Part shown: piece after piece, positions 27,201 through 36,765 of the stretch | Numbering within the stretch: position 1 is the first letter of the stretch | Layout of the letters: each line of letters begins with the position of its first letter | DNA from: an uncultured bacterium | GTDB taxonomy: Bacteria > UBP14 > UBA6098 | DNA length: 64,000 nucleotides | Assembly: GCA_964606695.1 (NCBI GenBank) | Contig: CAZSHG010000010.1 | Location: 9,497-73,496, forward strand | Reading direction: 5' to 3' | Translations under genes and position numbers: made by a program | The notes under the pieces: model-generated | Databases searched by the model: none | Told to the model about the DNA's origin: nothing | The model's input: the letters and a program-made list of their open reading frames with translations, nothing else

Positions 27201-28668
27201 TATCTTCGGTCTTCTCCTTTTCATCGTAAACCGGCGAGAAGGAGCCCTCTTCATTATATACCGAAGTGCATCGCACTGTTTTAACTCCAACCACACGACC
27301 GTTTTCGATTATCAAATCCTTCGGGCCGAGTCTGTCGTGAACCGCAACGCCCTCTTCTTCGGCCTCCTCGATTTCCCAAACGTGTGCGGGCATCCTGTCC
27401 TTCGATGTTAGATCGCGCGTTTCAAGGCACATCAGATCGACGCTTCCCGCGCCGAGCCTCACAGCAGACCTCGCGCAGTCCATAGACACATTGCCGCCGC
27501 CTATCACGAGGACGCGTTTGCCGAAACCTTTTATTTCCTCGCCTTTCTTTGCGGCACGGAGGAAGTCCAGTCCGAGAAGAACGCCGTGGGATTTGCCATA
27601 TTCGCCGAATAGGGTTGATGGATTCTGGAATCCGATCGCAACGTAAAGGGCGTCGTGTTTCTTCTGAAGCTCTTCGAGAGAAATATCGCGCCCGACACGA
27701 ACGCCCATCTTCAGCTCGATTCCACTGGCCAGGATATTGTCGATATCCTGATTTGCTATTTCCTTCGGTATCCTGTAATCGGGCAAACATGAAATCAACA
27801 TACCCCCCGGTTCCTCGGCCTCGTCGTAAACCGTGACCGAATAACCGAGGTTGCGCAGTCTCATCGCGCAGGTAAGGCCTGAAGGCCCCGCGCCGACTAT
27901 CCCGATTGTCTTGTCGCTGGTTATCTCGACCGGTTCCGGACGCGGAAAGTCGCCCTCATATTCCCTGTCAGCGATGTATCTCTTCAGCGAAGCTATCGCT
28001 ATAGGTTCGTCGTATTCGCTACGTCGGCAATTGCTTTCGCATGGGTGATGGCATACCCTTCCGCAGATAGATACGAAAGGATTATGCCGCCTGATAAGTT
28101 CATAAGCCTCGTGGTATTTTTTCTCCTTAGCAAGCGCTACGTAACCCTGAACGTGTATCCCCGCGGGACAATTCGTTTCGCAGGGAGGCCGCAGTTTCTT
28201 ATCGATTACGAAAGCGTTCGGAAAGGCCTGAGCGTAAGGTTTATATATCGCGGTCTGCTGAACAAGACCCTCGTCGAAAATAGATACGGTTTTAACCGGA
28301 CATACCTCGGCGCACTCGCCGCAACCCGTGCAATCTTCCAGACTGATGAAACGGGGATGTTTGAGAACTTTCGCTTTGAAATTCCCCGATTCGCCTTCGA
28401 GAGAAAGCAGTTCGGAGTTGGTCATCAGGTCGATATTGAGATGTCGCCCGCATTCCACAAGTTTGGGGGAGACGATACACATCGCGCAGTCGTTGGTGGG
28501 GAAGGTCTTGTCCAACTGCGCCATAATCCCACCGATAGCCGCCGTTTCCTCGACAAGGTAAACCTTGAATCCGGAATTAGCGAGGTCCAGCGAGGATTGA
28601 ATCCCCGCAATGCCCGCGCCTACTACTAAAACAGCGCCTTTTTTTTCCAATTGTCTTTTATCGCTCAT
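24211..28668 (-). CDS. 1485-aa HdrA-HdrA tandem flavoprotein with an inserted NfnB/GltD-type NAD(P)H-FAD module (HdrL-like)
   Basis: N-terminus [37 protein letters not shown]. The insertion carries [14 protein letters not shown]...[29 protein letters not shown] and [14 protein letters not shown] (GltD/NfnB signature). HdrA motifs follow: [41 protein letters not shown], second FAD fold [38 protein letters not shown], and a C-terminal 2x[4Fe-4S] ferredoxin ([24 protein letters not shown]). Confidence 0.85.
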   Translation of the reverse strand: [1485 protein letters not shown]

Positions 28669-28731
28669 ATTTCCACCGGGAGTTGAATAGTTATTTTCTA
28701 CAATAATCCTGCCTATAAATATCGATAAACA

Positions 28732-29850
28732 TTAATCTTCGGTTAATTTTTCACGATGTCTGGCCGCTCGCTTTTTCTTTTTATCTACAAAGGTCTCGAT
28801 CGTCTTGCCAATCGTGGTCTGTTCTGTATCTGATAATTTCGAAACCTCGATGTATTTCTGGTTCAGGGCGTCCGTGAAGACCTGTTTAGCGAATGTCGAT
28901 CTTATCATGACGGTCGTATATCCCTCCGGCGAACCCAATCCACCAACGGAAACGTCGGCGAAGTCGTTTGCGAAATCCTCGCAGAACAGGCAGGCGGGAC
29001 GCGCAATGTCCTCTATTTCATTGAAAGGGATATGGACCGAAACGCCCGATTTCAGTTCCAGCCGGAAATTTTCCTTGACGTTCATTTTGGTTATATCGGT
29101 CGGGGTTATCTGATGTTTTTTAATAAATTCTTTCTCCATCAGATTATCGAAAGCGAAACACTGCATACAGAATAATCCGACAGTGAAATGGATTATATCG
29201 GAAGGCAGGATATTCAACGCCTGCATCTTCCTGATAGCCAGTATCTGGCAGGGCGTTCCGACAGCCGCGATCCTTATCTGCCTCTTGGGTTTGATTTTCT
29301 GAACCGTCGATATCACTGGAACGTAATTAGTATATTTTTGCCCGATCTTGTCCAGATGTTGGGCTTCCGCGAAAGCCGATCCCGCGGCCTCGATGAGTTC
29401 CTCGCGGTTCTTGGCAATCGCTGGGTCACGGCTGAAAAGCCCTGTTCGTCGTGAGACTATAGCCCCGTCGATGATATTATTTTCCAGCATATACCACAGT
29501 AAAGCCGTAACAACTCCGCCATCAGTGGCGGCTTCGAGGATTTCGATGTCCGTTGCCTGAGCCATGAAAATATCTCTGTAACGTCCAATTGGCGGCTTCC
29601 AGCCGAATTCCTCGCGGATTCTTCCATTGAGATCCTGTGTTTGCGGACATATCAAATAGCAAATCCCGCATTTATAACACAAATCCGGATCGACCCATTG
29701 AGGGATGTTGTCCTCGCAATCGCACATTTGTATAGCGCCCACTCTGCAAGCCGTGCAAAAGGAAACACATGCGCCACAATTATTGCAAAGCCCTTTGTCG
29801 ATAACGTCTCGTTTGAGATCGTCGAAACTTAGTTTGTCGTTCTGGTTCAC
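28732..29850 (-). CDS. FrhB/FdhB/FpoF-family flavoprotein (F420 hydrogenase/dehydrogenase beta-like) with an N-terminal 2x[4Fe-4S]
   Basis: GTG start with RBS ggaga. CNNCGACVSFCTAC and CYKCGICYLICP. GGVVTALLWYMLENNIIDGAIV and VGTPCQILAIRKMQ...GLFCMQCF are the FrhB N- and C-domain signatures. Confidence 0.75.
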   Translation of the reverse strand: MNQNDKLSFDDLKRDVIDKGLCNNCGACVSFCTACRVGAIQMCDCEDNIPQWVDPDLCYKCGICYLICPQTQDLNGRIREEFGWKPPIGRYRDIFMAQATDIEILEAATDGGVVTALLWYMLENNIIDGAIVSRRTGLFSRDPAIAKNREELIEAAGSAFAEAQHLDKIGQKYTNYVPVISTVQKIKPKRQIRIAAVGTPCQILAIRKMQALNILPSDIIHFTVGLFCMQCFAFDNLMEKEFIKKHQITPTDITKMNVKENFRLELKSGVSVHIPFNEIEDIARPACLFCEDFANDFADVSVGGLGSPEGYTTVMIRSTFAKQVFTDALNQKYIEVSKLSDTEQTTIGKTIETFVDKKKKRAARHREKLTED

Positions 29851-29865
29851 TGGTATCTCCAGGTT

Positions 29866-30339
29866 TTATGTGCTTGCACGTTTGAGCTTTTCATCGACCA
29901 TTTTCTCGATCTTAGCGCGTTGCTTATCGGTAGGTTCGATAATATGGCGCACGAAATTGCATCTGAGATCCTGGCAGTATCTATCGAGTTCCTCCACCTG
30001 TTCGATTCTATCTTCGGGAGAATATCCCTGTTCGACGGACATCTCTCGAATAACACCCATTACATCCGCGAACTTGACGTTCTGTGGGCAACGGGCGTAA
30101 CAGACGTAGCATCTCTGGCACATCCAGATTATCTCGGAACTGAGAACGGCGTCGCGCATGCCGAAAATCGACATACGGATGATCTTGCGCGGGTCATAAT
30201 CGTCGTTGACCTCAGCTACGGGGCAACTTGCGGTGCAAGTTCCGCAGGTGAAGCACAGCTTGAAATTCTCCGCTCCCGGTCTCGAGGCTATCTCCTCTTT
30301 GAATTTCGGATCCTGTTCACTCAATACGATTGTATCCAT
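29866..30339 (-). CDS. hdrC: HdrC-like heterodisulfide reductase subunit C (2x[4Fe-4S])
   Basis: 157 aa. CFTCGTCTASCP ... DPRKIIRM ... IWMCQRCYVCYARCPQNV matches the HdrC layout. Confidence 0.75.
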   Translation of the reverse strand: MDTIVLSEQDPKFKEEIASRPGAENFKLCFTCGTCTASCPVAEVNDDYDPRKIIRMSIFGMRDAVLSSEIIWMCQRCYVCYARCPQNVKFADVMGVIREMSVEQGYSPEDRIEQVEELDRYCQDLRCNFVRHIIEPTDKQRAKIEKMVDEKLKRAST

Positions 30340-30355
30340 TATATATCTCCCTTTT

Positions 30356-31189
30356 CTAAATCTCTTCGGGGATTTCTTCTATTTCCGCGAATGAAAACAC
30401 CGGGCCGTCGAAACACACGTATTTCGACCCGATATTACACCGTCCGCATTTGCCGATACCGCATTTCATACGCCTTTCAAGCGACGTATATATTCTATCG
30501 GGTGGAAAACCGAGTTCAGCGAGTGTCGGTAGCGTATATTTTATCATAATAGGCGGGCCGCAAAGCATGACCCACGTGTCTTTGGAGCTGGGTGAAATCT
30601 CCTTCGTTACGGTCGGCACGAAACCGACCATCTTGTCCCAGCCCTCGACTTCCTCGTCTATCGTGAGATGAACTGTGATATCGTTTTCCTTCTCCCAATC
30701 TTCGAGTTCGTCGCGATATATCATCAAACCCGGGCGTCGTGCGCCGTATATCATCGTGATATCGCCGTAATCGTTGCGATTGGCCTTGTCCCGAAGATAA
30801 ACGGTCAGCGAACGCAACGTCGTCAGTGCGAATCCGCCGCTGATTATTACGACGTTCTTGCCTTTGAATTCCTCTACGGGATAATAATTCCCCAGCGGCC
30901 CGCGGATGCCGATTACATCGCCCTCACGAAGGTGATGCAGTTCTGTCGTAACTACGCCGACACGGTTTACGGTGAAACGTAAAAAATCCCTTTCCGTGGG
31001 GGAGGAGGCTATTCCGAAAGGAGCTTCGCCGACGCCGGGAATCGATAACTGGCAGAACTGACCGGGTAGATAATCGAAGGCGTCTTCTTCGTTGACGAAT
31101 TCCAGGTCGAAAGTCCGCAGTGTCTTGTCGTCCGATTCGTTGCGGATGCTCTTAACTCGCACCGGGATGGGCATATATACGTTCTTCAT
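30356..31189 (-). CDS. FAD/NAD(P)-binding oxidoreductase with a C-terminal [2Fe-2S] (AsrB / sulfhydrogenase gamma / PyrK-NfnA-like)
   Basis: Ferredoxin-reductase-type fold (RTFDLEF..PGQF..., VIISGGFALTTL). C-terminal CGIGKCGRCNIGSKYVCFDGPVF. ATGA overlap with the upstream gene. Confidence 0.75.
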   Translation of the reverse strand: MKNVYMPIPVRVKSIRNESDDKTLRTFDLEFVNEEDAFDYLPGQFCQLSIPGVGEAPFGIASSPTERDFLRFTVNRVGVVTTELHHLREGDVIGIRGPLGNYYPVEEFKGKNVVIISGGFALTTLRSLTVYLRDKANRNDYGDITMIYGARRPGLMIYRDELEDWEKENDITVHLTIDEEVEGWDKMVGFVPTVTKEISPSSKDTWVMLCGPPIMIKYTLPTLAELGFPPDRIYTSLERRMKCGIGKCGRCNIGSKYVCFDGPVFSFAEIEEIPEEI

Positions 31190-32220
31190 ACCACAGCTCC
31201 TTCGGACTTTGCAGTTTCAATCGCCTTTGTCATAAACTCCCTGACATCGATGTTCACCGGGCATAGGCTTATACATCTTCCGCAACCGACGCATCCGAAC
31301 TCGCCCTGAGTTTCGACCATATAACTGAACTTATGCATGAACCTTTGCCTGAGCCGCGACATTTGCGACTTCCGTGGATTGTGTCCCGAACCTTCCTTCG
31401 TGAAAATCGGGAACTGGCAGGTGTCCCAGATTCGCAATCGCACGCCCTTACCGCGCCTGCTCTCATCCTGAATGTCGAAGCAATAGCAGGTGGGGCAGGA
31501 GAAGGTGCAAACAGCGCAACCGAGACATTTTGCCGTAACCTCGTCCCAGAAAGAATCGTCGAAAAGGGAATCCAGCGATGCCTTGAGCGGTTCCAGTTCG
31601 GGCGACTTCGCCATAGATTCGAGAGCCTTTTCTCCGATTGCCTCCGCCCTTTCGATATCGCCACTACAGGCCTTTTCGACGCTCTTCAATGAAGAAATCG
31701 CTTTCTCGCCGTTTTCCGTGATGGATTTGAGTATATAATCCTCTCCGATGTCGATAGCCAGCACGTCTGAACCGCTAACGTCGAAAGGCCCGCCGCCCAT
31801 CCAGTTGCAGAAACAGGAGGACAGCGGCAAGTTACAACCCAGAGATATTACCAGTGAATTCTCGCGTCTGGCCGCCCAGTAGAAATCCCTGTATTTGTCG
31901 TCGTCGAAGACGCGTTCGACGGTAACGAAACCCTTCGCGTCGCAAGGCCGGACTCCAAATATCCCTATAGGTTTGCCGGTATATTTATTCGATTTCGTGT
32001 CCTCTTTATCGAATCTGAGCATTACCTCGGTTTGCGGATAATATATTTCCTTTGGCGGTTTCCGCGTGCGAAGGAAGCTTGTATCCGGCGATTCGCCCTT
32101 ATCGAGCTTCTCGAAAGACGTTATCCCATCTCGTTCGACCGGCCCGTAAACCGAGTATTTTTCCGCGAGTTCCTCGATGAAGCCGTTCAGGTTTTTCTTT
32201 TTAAGTTTATATGTTTCCAT
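31186..32220 (-). CDS. AsrA / sulfhydrogenase-beta-like iron-sulfur protein
   Basis: VRPCDAKGF, CLGCAVCTFSCPTCYCFDIQDE and CVGCGRCISLCP. Paired with the AsrB-like gene by a 4-nt overlap. Confidence 0.65.
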   Translation of the reverse strand: METYKLKKKNLNGFIEELAEKYSVYGPVERDGITSFEKLDKGESPDTSFLRTRKPPKEIYYPQTEVMLRFDKEDTKSNKYTGKPIGIFGVRPCDAKGFVTVERVFDDDKYRDFYWAARRENSLVISLGCNLPLSSCFCNWMGGGPFDVSGSDVLAIDIGEDYILKSITENGEKAISSLKSVEKACSGDIERAEAIGEKALESMAKSPELEPLKASLDSLFDDSFWDEVTAKCLGCAVCTFSCPTCYCFDIQDESRRGKGVRLRIWDTCQFPIFTKEGSGHNPRKSQMSRLRQRFMHKFSYMVETQGEFGCVGCGRCISLCPVNIDVREFMTKAIETAKSEGAVV

Positions 32221-32280
32221 TTGTTAACCGCTATTATTTCAAGTTTTTATTCATATAAATAAGCTTAGTTAATTGCTATA

Positions 32281-33237
32281 TCACAAAATAAACTCTTCGC
32301 TATCGTCCTCTTTGAAAGTGGCAAGCGCGGGCGGAGTTTCAAAATCCATACCCGCGACATAATCGAAGCGTTCAAGGACCTCTTTCTCGACACGTTTGCC
32401 CAGCAGACGGACATCTATATCGAGGGGACACGCTGACGCGCAAGCGCCGCAATCCACGCAACGTCCAGCCATGTGCAACGCACGGACTATATGATACACG
32501 AAATTGTCCGGCAGATTATTGCCCTTGCCGAGCCAGGCCGGCATTGACCTGTCGACAAAGCATTCTTCGCAGTAACACATCGGGCAGGCGTTTCTGCAGG
32601 CGTAACAGCGGATACAAGAGCTGTATTCAACCTCGAAATAAGCCCATCTCTCGTCGATAGGTTTACCCGCGAATTCCTCGATGTCCGCGAAATGTTCCTT
32701 CCCGCCGATCGGTTCCGCCGGCTCGCCGATGAAATGGTCATATTGGGGCGCATTTGGATGTTGGCATGTCAGGCAGTTATCCTGCAAAAGCTCGATTAAC
32801 GGCACTTTGCGCTCGAAATCGTCGCTTATCAATATTATATTATCGCCGTCGATTTTATAATCGGTCAGGTCGCCGTTGTCGGTTGCATCGCGCAACTTCT
32901 TCCTGTCGATGACTCCCTCGCAGGGGACACCGATGATAACTACCTTCTCGCGTGGGAATTGGTCTTCGACGACTATCTGCGTAATAGCCCTCGCGTCGCA
33001 ACCTCTGGCGACAACCCCTATCTTGCGCGGCCCGTCGGGGCGTTTTTTCTCGTCGTTGAGGTATTTGGCCAACGTATTAGCGCAGGTGAAATCGAAAATC
33101 AAGCCGTCCAGTTCCTCGATCGATTCGAAGAACCTCAAAGTTCCGCGCAGAGGGACACTACCCTTCTCGAAGCCGATAACGAGGTCGAGTTCCTCATCGG
33201 CGAATATCTTTTTTACACTATCGATTAGCTCGCTCAT
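32281..33237 (-). CDS. AsrA-family-like iron-sulfur protein (paralog)
   Basis: ARGCDARAI, CIRCYACRNACPMCYCEECFVD and CVDCGACASACP. The cysteine architecture matches 31186-32220, 37262-38344 and 38341-39510. Confidence 0.55.
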   Translation of the reverse strand: MSELIDSVKKIFADEELDLVIGFEKGSVPLRGTLRFFESIEELDGLIFDFTCANTLAKYLNDEKKRPDGPRKIGVVARGCDARAITQIVVEDQFPREKVVIIGVPCEGVIDRKKLRDATDNGDLTDYKIDGDNIILISDDFERKVPLIELLQDNCLTCQHPNAPQYDHFIGEPAEPIGGKEHFADIEEFAGKPIDERWAYFEVEYSSCIRCYACRNACPMCYCEECFVDRSMPAWLGKGNNLPDNFVYHIVRALHMAGRCVDCGACASACPLDIDVRLLGKRVEKEVLERFDYVAGMDFETPPALATFKEDDSEEFIL

Positions 33238-33246
33238 ATAAAATCC

Positions 33247-33690
33247 TTATAATTGATCGACGTTCTCGTAAAGCCCGGTTTTAACCATCTTTGTAGCCGG
33301 TCCAAGTTTGCGAACGGTCTCCGTTACGTGGGAAATCACCTTGGAGAATTTTTCGCCCTCTCCCGCGGATACCCACGAGAACTGGACTCTGTCCGGTTCG
33401 ATGCCGATGAATTCGAGCATCGTCTTTAGTATGGCAAATTTCCGCCGTGCCACATAATTCCCCGAAATGTAATGGCAATCCCCCGGATGGCATCCCGATA
33501 CCAACACGCCGTCGTAGCCGTCCTGAAGGCATTTCAGAATAAACATCGGATCGACTCTGCCCGAACAGGGCACACGTATCACACGTGTATTAGTCGGATA
33601 CTGGATGCGCGAAACCCCCGCCAGGTCGGCGCCCGCGTAAGAACACCAATTGCATAGAAAAGCCATTATTTTAGGTTCGAATTCGGCCAT
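33247..33690 (-). CDS. mvhD: MvhD/FlpD-like protein (methyl-viologen-reducing hydrogenase delta subunit family), copy 1
   Basis: FLCNWCSYAGADLAG...RVPCSGRVDP...GYDGVLVSGCHPGDCHYISGN. Confidence 0.85.
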   Translation of the reverse strand: MAEFEPKIMAFLCNWCSYAGADLAGVSRIQYPTNTRVIRVPCSGRVDPMFILKCLQDGYDGVLVSGCHPGDCHYISGNYVARRKFAILKTMLEFIGIEPDRVQFSWVSAGEGEKFSKVISHVTETVRKLGPATKMVKTGLYENVDQL

Positions 33691-33717
33691 AATTACCGCC
33701 GTTTCAAGCTATTGTTA

Positions 33718-36700
33718 CTATGTTGAATACTCCGCCGTTTCCAGAGCGTCTATCGCGTTGTAAATCTGTTGCGCCGTGAATCCCTTCAGATCGATTGCGC
33801 CGGATCTGCACGATGCCGCGCAGGCCCCGCAACCTTTGCACAGAGCTTCGTTAATAAACGCGACGCCTTTTTCCTCGTCCATCTGAGTTGCCGAATAAGC
33901 GCAGACATCGACACAGACGCCACATCCCGCGCAGAGATCCTGGTTTACCTCGCAAATCGAACCCTCGGCCTCAATAACCATCTTGCTCAGCACGGTCATA
34001 GCCCTCGCAGACGCCGCAGTCGCCTGAGTTATCGACTCTTCGCTGTTTTTCGGATTATGCGCGAGGCCGCAAACGAAAACCCCATCCGTGGCGAAATCTA
34101 CCGGGCGAAGTTTGACGTGCGCTTCCAGGAAGAACCTGTCCGCAGTCAACGGCACCTTCAGCATCTTAGCTATTGTCTCGTTGCTCTGCGGCGGATCTAT
34201 GGAAACCGCCAGAACCACGAGATCAGCCTCGACCCGGACGTTCTCGCCCAAAATCGGATCGAAGGTCGTAACCTTGAGTTTGCTGTTCGGGTTAGCCGGG
34301 TCGATTTGTTCGACGATCGGTTTATGGTCGAGGTCGTATCTGGAGAAAACGACGCCCAGATTACGGGCTTTTTCGTAATATTGCTCCTTCAACCCGTAAG
34401 AGCGGAGGTCGCGATAGAGGACATAGACGTTCGTCGGTGGGCGTTCTTCTTTTATTTTCAATGCGTTCTTAATCGCCTGCGGACAGCATATTCGACTGCA
34501 ATAATCGCGTCCCTCCTCGCGGGAATTCACGCAGTTAATCATCACTATATTATCGATCTTCTGGCCGTGCATATAGCCTTCGTCCAGCAATTTCTCGAAC
34601 TCCAGCTGGGTTACAACGCGGTTACTCGTGGGGTAATTGTATTCTTTTGTGGGATATTCCTCCGCGCCCGTAGCAACGATCACCACGCCGTGTTCGATTT
34701 CTCTCTCGCCTATTTCCGGTGTGAATAACTTCGATTTGAAATTTCCTATATAGCCGTCCACGAATTTGACTTCAGTATCCAGGAAAACCCCGATTCTCTC
34801 GTGTTTCATGACCCTGTCGATGGTTTCTTCGAGGAATTTAGCAGGATCTCTATCGCCTAATAGGAATTTAACTTTCTTGAATTTGCCGCCGAGTTCGCTT
34901 TCCTTTTCTACGAGATATACGTCGTAACCGGAATCGGCGATTTCCAGCGCTGATGTCATACCGGCCATTCCGCCGCCGATAACCAGAGCTTTCGGGTTGA
35001 TTTCCACAGGTAGTTTTTCGAGAGGCGTCAGTTTCCGCGCTTTGGCGATTCCCATCTCGACGAGTTCTTTTGCCTTCACGGTCGCCTTTTCGGGCTCTTG
35101 CATGTGCGCCCAACTGCATTGGTCGCGTATATTCGCCATCTCGAATAGATACTGGTTCAAGCCCGCCTCGCGGAGTGTTTCTCGGAAAAGAGGTTCGTGC
35201 GTTCTCGGCGTACAAGCCGCCACGAGTATGCGATTGAGGTCGTGCTCTTCGATGGCTTTCTTTATTGTTTCGAGACAATCGCCGGAACAGGCGTAAAGCA
35301 ATTCGTCAGCGTATTCGACGTTGGGCAATTTGCTGGCATATTCCACGACCGAAGGCACATCGACGATACCGCCGATGTTCGTTCCGCAATGACATATAAA
35401 AGCGCCGATTCGCGGCCTATCGCCTATGACATCCGCCTCGGGCGGGAATTCCTTTTTGGATATCTTCTCCTGCCTTTCCAGGCCGAGATATTTAACCGAC
35501 CTGGCTACTGCCGCCGATGCTCCCATAACCGATTCCGGAATGTCCTTCGGCCCGCTGTTCGCGCCGCACACGAAAACACCCGGTAGAGACGAATCCAGTG
35601 GCTCGAAATCCCCGGTTCTGCAGAAACCGAATTCGTCGAGCTTGATTCCGGCGTCTTTCGAGAGTTCGACTATTTCCTTTCTCGGTTCTATGCCCACGGA
35701 CAGCACGACCAGCGAGAAATCGCGCGTTTCCTTCGTGCCGTCGGGATTGGCGAAATGAAGCCGCAAATCGCCGTTGGGAAGCTCTTCCACCTCCGCCACG
35801 CGCGACCGAACGAAAGATACGCCGAACTGACCCTCGGCCTTTTCGTAATATTTATCGAACTCCTTGCCGAAGGCGCGGATATCCATGAAGAAAATGGTCG
35901 CGTCGAGACCCTTGATATGCTCTTTAGCGATGATAGCTTCCTTGATTGCATACATACAGCAGACCGAGGAGCAGTAGTTCTTACCGTTTTCTCTATCCCG
36001 CGACCCGACGCATTGGATAAACGCGACGTTTTCCGGTTCTTTATCGCCCTTGGGACACGTAACATGCCCCCTCTGAGGCCCTGAAGCGCAGAGCATCCTC
36101 TCGAATTCGAGCGAAGTAACCACGTTCGGGAATTTTTTGTAGCCATATTGGCCATATACTATAGGATCGAAGGCGTCGATGCCGGAGGCGATAATAACCG
36201 CCCCCGCCTCGATTTCATTGACCTCGTCTTTATCCTCGAAATTGATCGCGCCTGCGGGACAGGTCTTTTCGCAGATGCCGCAAACGCCCTTGTTTATCCG
36301 AAGGCAGTATTCCGGGTCGATAAGGTAGGTTGAAGGGACGCTCTGCAGAAAATAGCGGTATATCGCCTTGCGGTTGCGAAGCTCCATGTCGAATTCATCC
36401 AGGACTTTCGAGGGACACTTTTCCTCGCAAAGGCCGCACCCTATACATTTCACCGGATCGACGTAAGTCGCATGTTCCAGAATGGTGCAGGTGAAATTCC
36501 CCGGTTCGCCGTCGATGGATTTCAACTCGGAATTCATGTGAAGCGTGATTCCCGGGTGACGCGCGCATTCGCTCATCTTGGGCGACAGAATACACAGCGA
36601 ACAGTCGTTGGTGGGAAATGTTTTGTCGAGTTGCGCCATGCGTCCGCCGATAGAGGGTGTCTTTTCGACGATATGCACGTCCGCGCCAAGTTCGGCAAGG

Positions 36701-36765
36701 TCCAGCGATGCCTGTATTCCCGCGATTCCAGCGCCTATAACTATAATTGATTTGCTTTTAGCCAT
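33718..36765 (-). CDS. hdrA: 1015-aa fused double HdrA-family flavoprotein
   Basis: [78 protein letters not shown], second fold [38 protein letters not shown], and a C-terminal [12 protein letters not shown] / [11 protein letters not shown]. Confidence 0.85.
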   Translation of the reverse strand: [1015 protein letters not shown]

